From a virus, in IMG/VR virus record IMGVR_UViG_3300022932_000002, positions 1 through 64,000 of that record: a stretch of DNA of 64,000 nucleotides, one strand, 5' to 3'. The position numbers were made by a program, and so were the translations under genes. Positions within the stretch are counted from its first letter, which is position 1, and each line of letters starts with the position of its first letter. Shown here piece by piece: positions 61,280 to 64,000 of the stretch. The notes beneath the pieces are model-generated. The model ran no database searches and had not been told where the DNA came from. It was given only the letters and a program-made list of their open reading frames with translations.

Positions 61280-64000
61280 ATGGCGAAACAAATAAAAGAT
61301 ACTCCTGAAAAGGCTATAGCTAAAACAGAGAATACTGTACAGAAGAATATTTATGAAAGATTAGATGCTGCTTCACCATACTCAGAAGGTACTAGTTTAA
61401 AGCCTTCTACAGTAAGGTATTCTTCTAGGTTAAAACCTACAGTAGAAAAAGTAAAAGAAGCTACAGGAAGGGAGTGGAATCCTCAAGATGGATTAAAAGA
61501 GTTAAGTACTCTTTCTACTAAAGTAGATTATGATATTGCAAAAACTAAAGCTGATGAACAAGGTTTATTTGGTGAATTAGGTGCTTTTGGTGCTCAAGCT
61601 GTAAGTGAAATAGGATTAGGAACACTTGAAGGAGTAGGTTATCTATTAGACTTTAAACAAAACTTTAACCTATTAACGGGTAATAAAGTAGAGTGGGATA
61701 ACTGGTTTTCTAAAGCAATGAGTGGAGCTAAAGAAGAAGTTGCAGCTTGGGCCCCTATATATCAAGATCCTGGCAATGAAAATAGAAGTTTCTGGGAAAA
61801 TATGTGGCAAGGTGATGGGTGGTGGGCACAAAATGGTGTATCTATTGCATCTACTGCCTCTATGTTTATTCCTGTGATGGGAGCTGTGAAAGGATTGTCA
61901 GCTGCTGGTAAAGGATTATCTTTATTAGGTAAAACAGCAAAGACAGCAGCGGCTACTAATAAGTTTGGAAAAACTGTAGGTAAAGGTACTAGATGGATTG
62001 ATGAAGGAGCTAAACTTGGTAAAGAAGCTTTAGAAACTGGCAAACTTGGAAAAATAGGAGAAATAATATCTGATCCTAAGTTTGTAGCTAGTATTGGTGA
62101 AGGAATAGCTTCAGGTATTGTTTCCAGACATTTAGAATCTACTATAGAAGCTACGGGTACTTTTAGAGATAAATATGAGGAATACTTAGCTAAAGGTTTT
62201 ACTCGTACTGAAGCTAATCAAGCAGCAGCTGAAGGTGCAGCATTTGCTTATAGAGAGAATATGGCTATTGCAGGAGTGGATATCCTTCAACATATATTAA
62301 TAGGTAAAGGATTTAGTGCTAATAAAGCTATAAGTAGTGCTAAATTAGCTAAAGCTGAAGGAGCTTCTGTTGCAGCTGCTGTAGCTAGATCTGTAGCTAA
62401 TCCGCTAACTCAATTTGTATCAGAAGGGTTTGAAGAGTACTATCAATTTGGTGTTGCAGAAGAATCAAAATATGTAGCAGATGTAGCTTTAGGATTAAAG
62501 AAACCTAGAGATGGAGGTATTGTGTCTAGACTACAAAGAAGTTGGAATGAGTCAGAAGCTTGGACATCTGCATTCTTTGGAGGATTAGGAGGTTTAGCTT
62601 TTTCTAGTATAGGTCCTAAAATTAAATCTTCATATGATAATCTATTTTCTAAAAATAGTGCTAACATGTCTGAAAGAGATAGAAGATTAGCAGAAGTACA
62701 AGAAAGATGGATTAATGTAAATAATAATGTAAAGGCTTATCAAGAAGCTGTAGAGAATAATAATGAAAAAGGTGCTGCTGTAATTAAATCAAGAATGGCA
62801 ACAGATGCTGGTATTAGGGCAGCAGAAGCAGGTAACTTAAATGGATTACTAGATAGTCTTGAAAGACTTAAAAAAGCTACTCCAGAAGAAAGACGTCAGT
62901 ATGAGATTGATGATGAATATATGGATGATTTTGTATCCAATATTGATGGTTTTATTTCTGATGCTAATGACGCAGCTCTTAAATATGAGAAGAATAGAAA
63001 TATTTTTGATAATAATGAAAGAGGGATAGCATTAGCTAGACAAGTAACCTCATTGCAAATGACTCAGCAACATTTTCAGAAAAGAAAACCTGAGTTACAA
63101 AAAGAAATAGAAACAATTAATGCTACTATTCCATTCTATACTGAAGCAACACCAGAAGCACAAGGTTTATTTAATCAACTCTTACAAGTTAAAACCTTGG
63201 AGAGAGTTAAAACTATTACTGAAAAATCATTAGCTGAGACACCAGAAGATGAAGCTAAGAAGAAATATTTAGATGAAATAAATACAACTTTATCGGAAGT
63301 TAAAGAAATTGTAAAAGATATTCCTACATTGTCCACTAAGGATCAAGCTTTAATTGATTCTGTAAATTCAACTGAAGGAATTGAATTATCTAAACTAAAG
63401 TCTGAACAAGAACTTATTAATTATACATTAGCTACAATTCCTGGTCAGATTCAAGAATACCTAGGAATGAATAAAGCTACTGTAACTCAAGAAACTGCTA
63501 AACCAGTAAGTAATGATAAACAAAGTGAAATATTAGGAGATACAGAGCCAGTAAGTCAGAATAATGAAATATCTATAGCTTCTCTACAATCTAATCCTCA
63601 AATGCTCAATATGATTGAGATGGGGTTGAATAGTGGTGATATAAGTTTAGAAAGCTTTACTAAAGAAGTACAAGATTATATAATTTCTCAAAGAAATTCA
63701 AATTCTTCTGTTGATGTAGATGTTGATAATTCTTCAGAAATAGAAGAAACTTCTGAAGTAGAATTACCTGTTGATACAAATCCTGCTGAGAGCTTAAATT
63801 CAAATCATGAATTAGCAGTAGGTTATATTGATATGTCTGATATTCCAGATAATCCAACTACAGATAGATCTTGGAGACTTGGGGATGATAGAGAAGATAT
63901 TTCTATTACTAACAAGGTAAATACTTTGGCTTGGAAATCTGTTAATAATAGTGAAACTAAGGAGTCAGAAAAAACACCTGAAAATATAGCATTATCTAAT
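61280..64000 (+). CDS. very large virion protein, partial (tape-measure-like or ejection protein candidate)
   Basis: ATG at 61280 (MAKQIKDTPEKAIAKTEN...). Frame hand-checked open for the first ~650 nt; no plus-strand track ORF interrupts it. Gly/Ala-rich hydrophobic segments (IASTASMFIPVMGAVKGLSAAGKG) plus long coiled-coil regions. Absent from the ORF track because it has no stop in the window. Confidence 0.65.
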   Translation, partial: MAKQIKDTPEKAIAKTENTVQKNIYERLDAASPYSEGTSLKPSTVRYSSRLKPTVEKVKEATGREWNPQDGLKELSTLSTKVDYDIAKTKADEQGLFGELGAFGAQAVSEIGLGTLEGVGYLLDFKQNFNLLTGNKVEWDNWFSKAMSGAKEEVAAWAPIYQDPGNENRSFWENMWQGDGWWAQNGVSIASTASMFIPVMGAVKGLSAAGKGLSLLGKTAKTAAATNKFGKTVGKGTRWIDEGAKLGKEALETGKLGKIGEIISDPKFVASIGEGIASGIVSRHLESTIEATGTFRDKYEEYLAKGFTRTEANQAAAEGAAFAYRENMAIAGVDILQHILIGKGFSANKAISSAKLAKAEGASVAAAVARSVANPLTQFVSEGFEEYYQFGVAEESKYVADVALGLKKPRDGGIVSRLQRSWNESEAWTSAFFGGLGGLAFSSIGPKIKSSYDNLFSKNSANMSERDRRLAEVQERWINVNNNVKAYQEAVENNNEKGAAVIKSRMATDAGIRAAEAGNLNGLLDSLERLKKATPEERRQYEIDDEYMDDFVSNIDGFISDANDAALKYEKNRNIFDNNERGIALARQVTSLQMTQQHFQKRKPELQKEIETINATIPFYTEATPEAQGLFNQLLQVKTLERVKTITEKSLAETPEDEAKKKYLDEINTTLSEVKEIVKDIPTLSTKDQALIDSVNSTEGIELSKLKSEQELINYTLATIPGQIQEYLGMNKATVTQETAKPVSNDKQSEILGDTEPVSQNNEISIASLQSNPQMLNMIEMGLNSGDISLESFTKEVQDYIISQRNSNSSVDVDVDNSSEIEETSEVELPVDTNPAESLNSNHELAVGYIDMSDIPDNPTTDRSWRLGDDREDISITNKVNTLAWKSVNNSETKESEKTPENIALSN

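Noticed and set aside
1-64000. CRISPR arrays, integrase/attP, transposases, rRNA genes.
   Set aside because: I found no regularly spaced repeats, no tyrosine or serine recombinase motifs, and no rRNA-like sequence. The only repeat pair (19 nt, 127 nt apart) has two copies and no CRISPR-like periodicity.

Overview
AT-rich dsDNA bacteriophage genome segment with no cellular housekeeping genes. The host is probably a Bacteroidota (Flavobacteriia-type) bacterium, judged from TAnnTTTG promoter boxes, Bacteroidota-style signal peptides and a T9SS-like C-terminal sorting domain. Two divergent transcription blocks meet at about 24.9-25.1 kb. (1) Positions 1-24896 form a minus-strand early/middle block. 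It holds the N-terminal exonuclease domain of a family-A DNA polymerase (partial), about 55 small and mostly unrecognisable ORFs chained by start/stop overlaps, an AAA+ ATPase, a metallophosphoesterase, an SPFH/band-7 protein, a secreted protein, a lipoprotein, three tRNAs (Leu-TAA, Arg-TCT, Met/Ile2-CAT) and one aberrant tRNA-like element. (2) Positions 25093-64000 form a plus-strand block: a translationally coupled GroES-like/GroEL-like pair, large terminase, portal, scaffold, capsid candidate, collagen-like fibre proteins, a beta-helix tailspike, a lysis cassette with a GH19 endolysin, a free-standing GIY-YIG homing endonuclease and four very large virion proteins, the last running off the window. 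The most unusual property is five ORF-free, stop-saturated islands in an otherwise gap-free genome: 9572-9931, 13217-13643, 18326-18672, about 22488-24277 (about 1.8 kb) and 26126-26770. The last is framed by two promoter-box/intrinsic-terminator pairs, so it looks like two discrete small or medium non-coding RNAs. No CRISPR array, integrase, rRNA or transposase was seen. All calls come from reading the sequence and the ORF track; no database search was possible.
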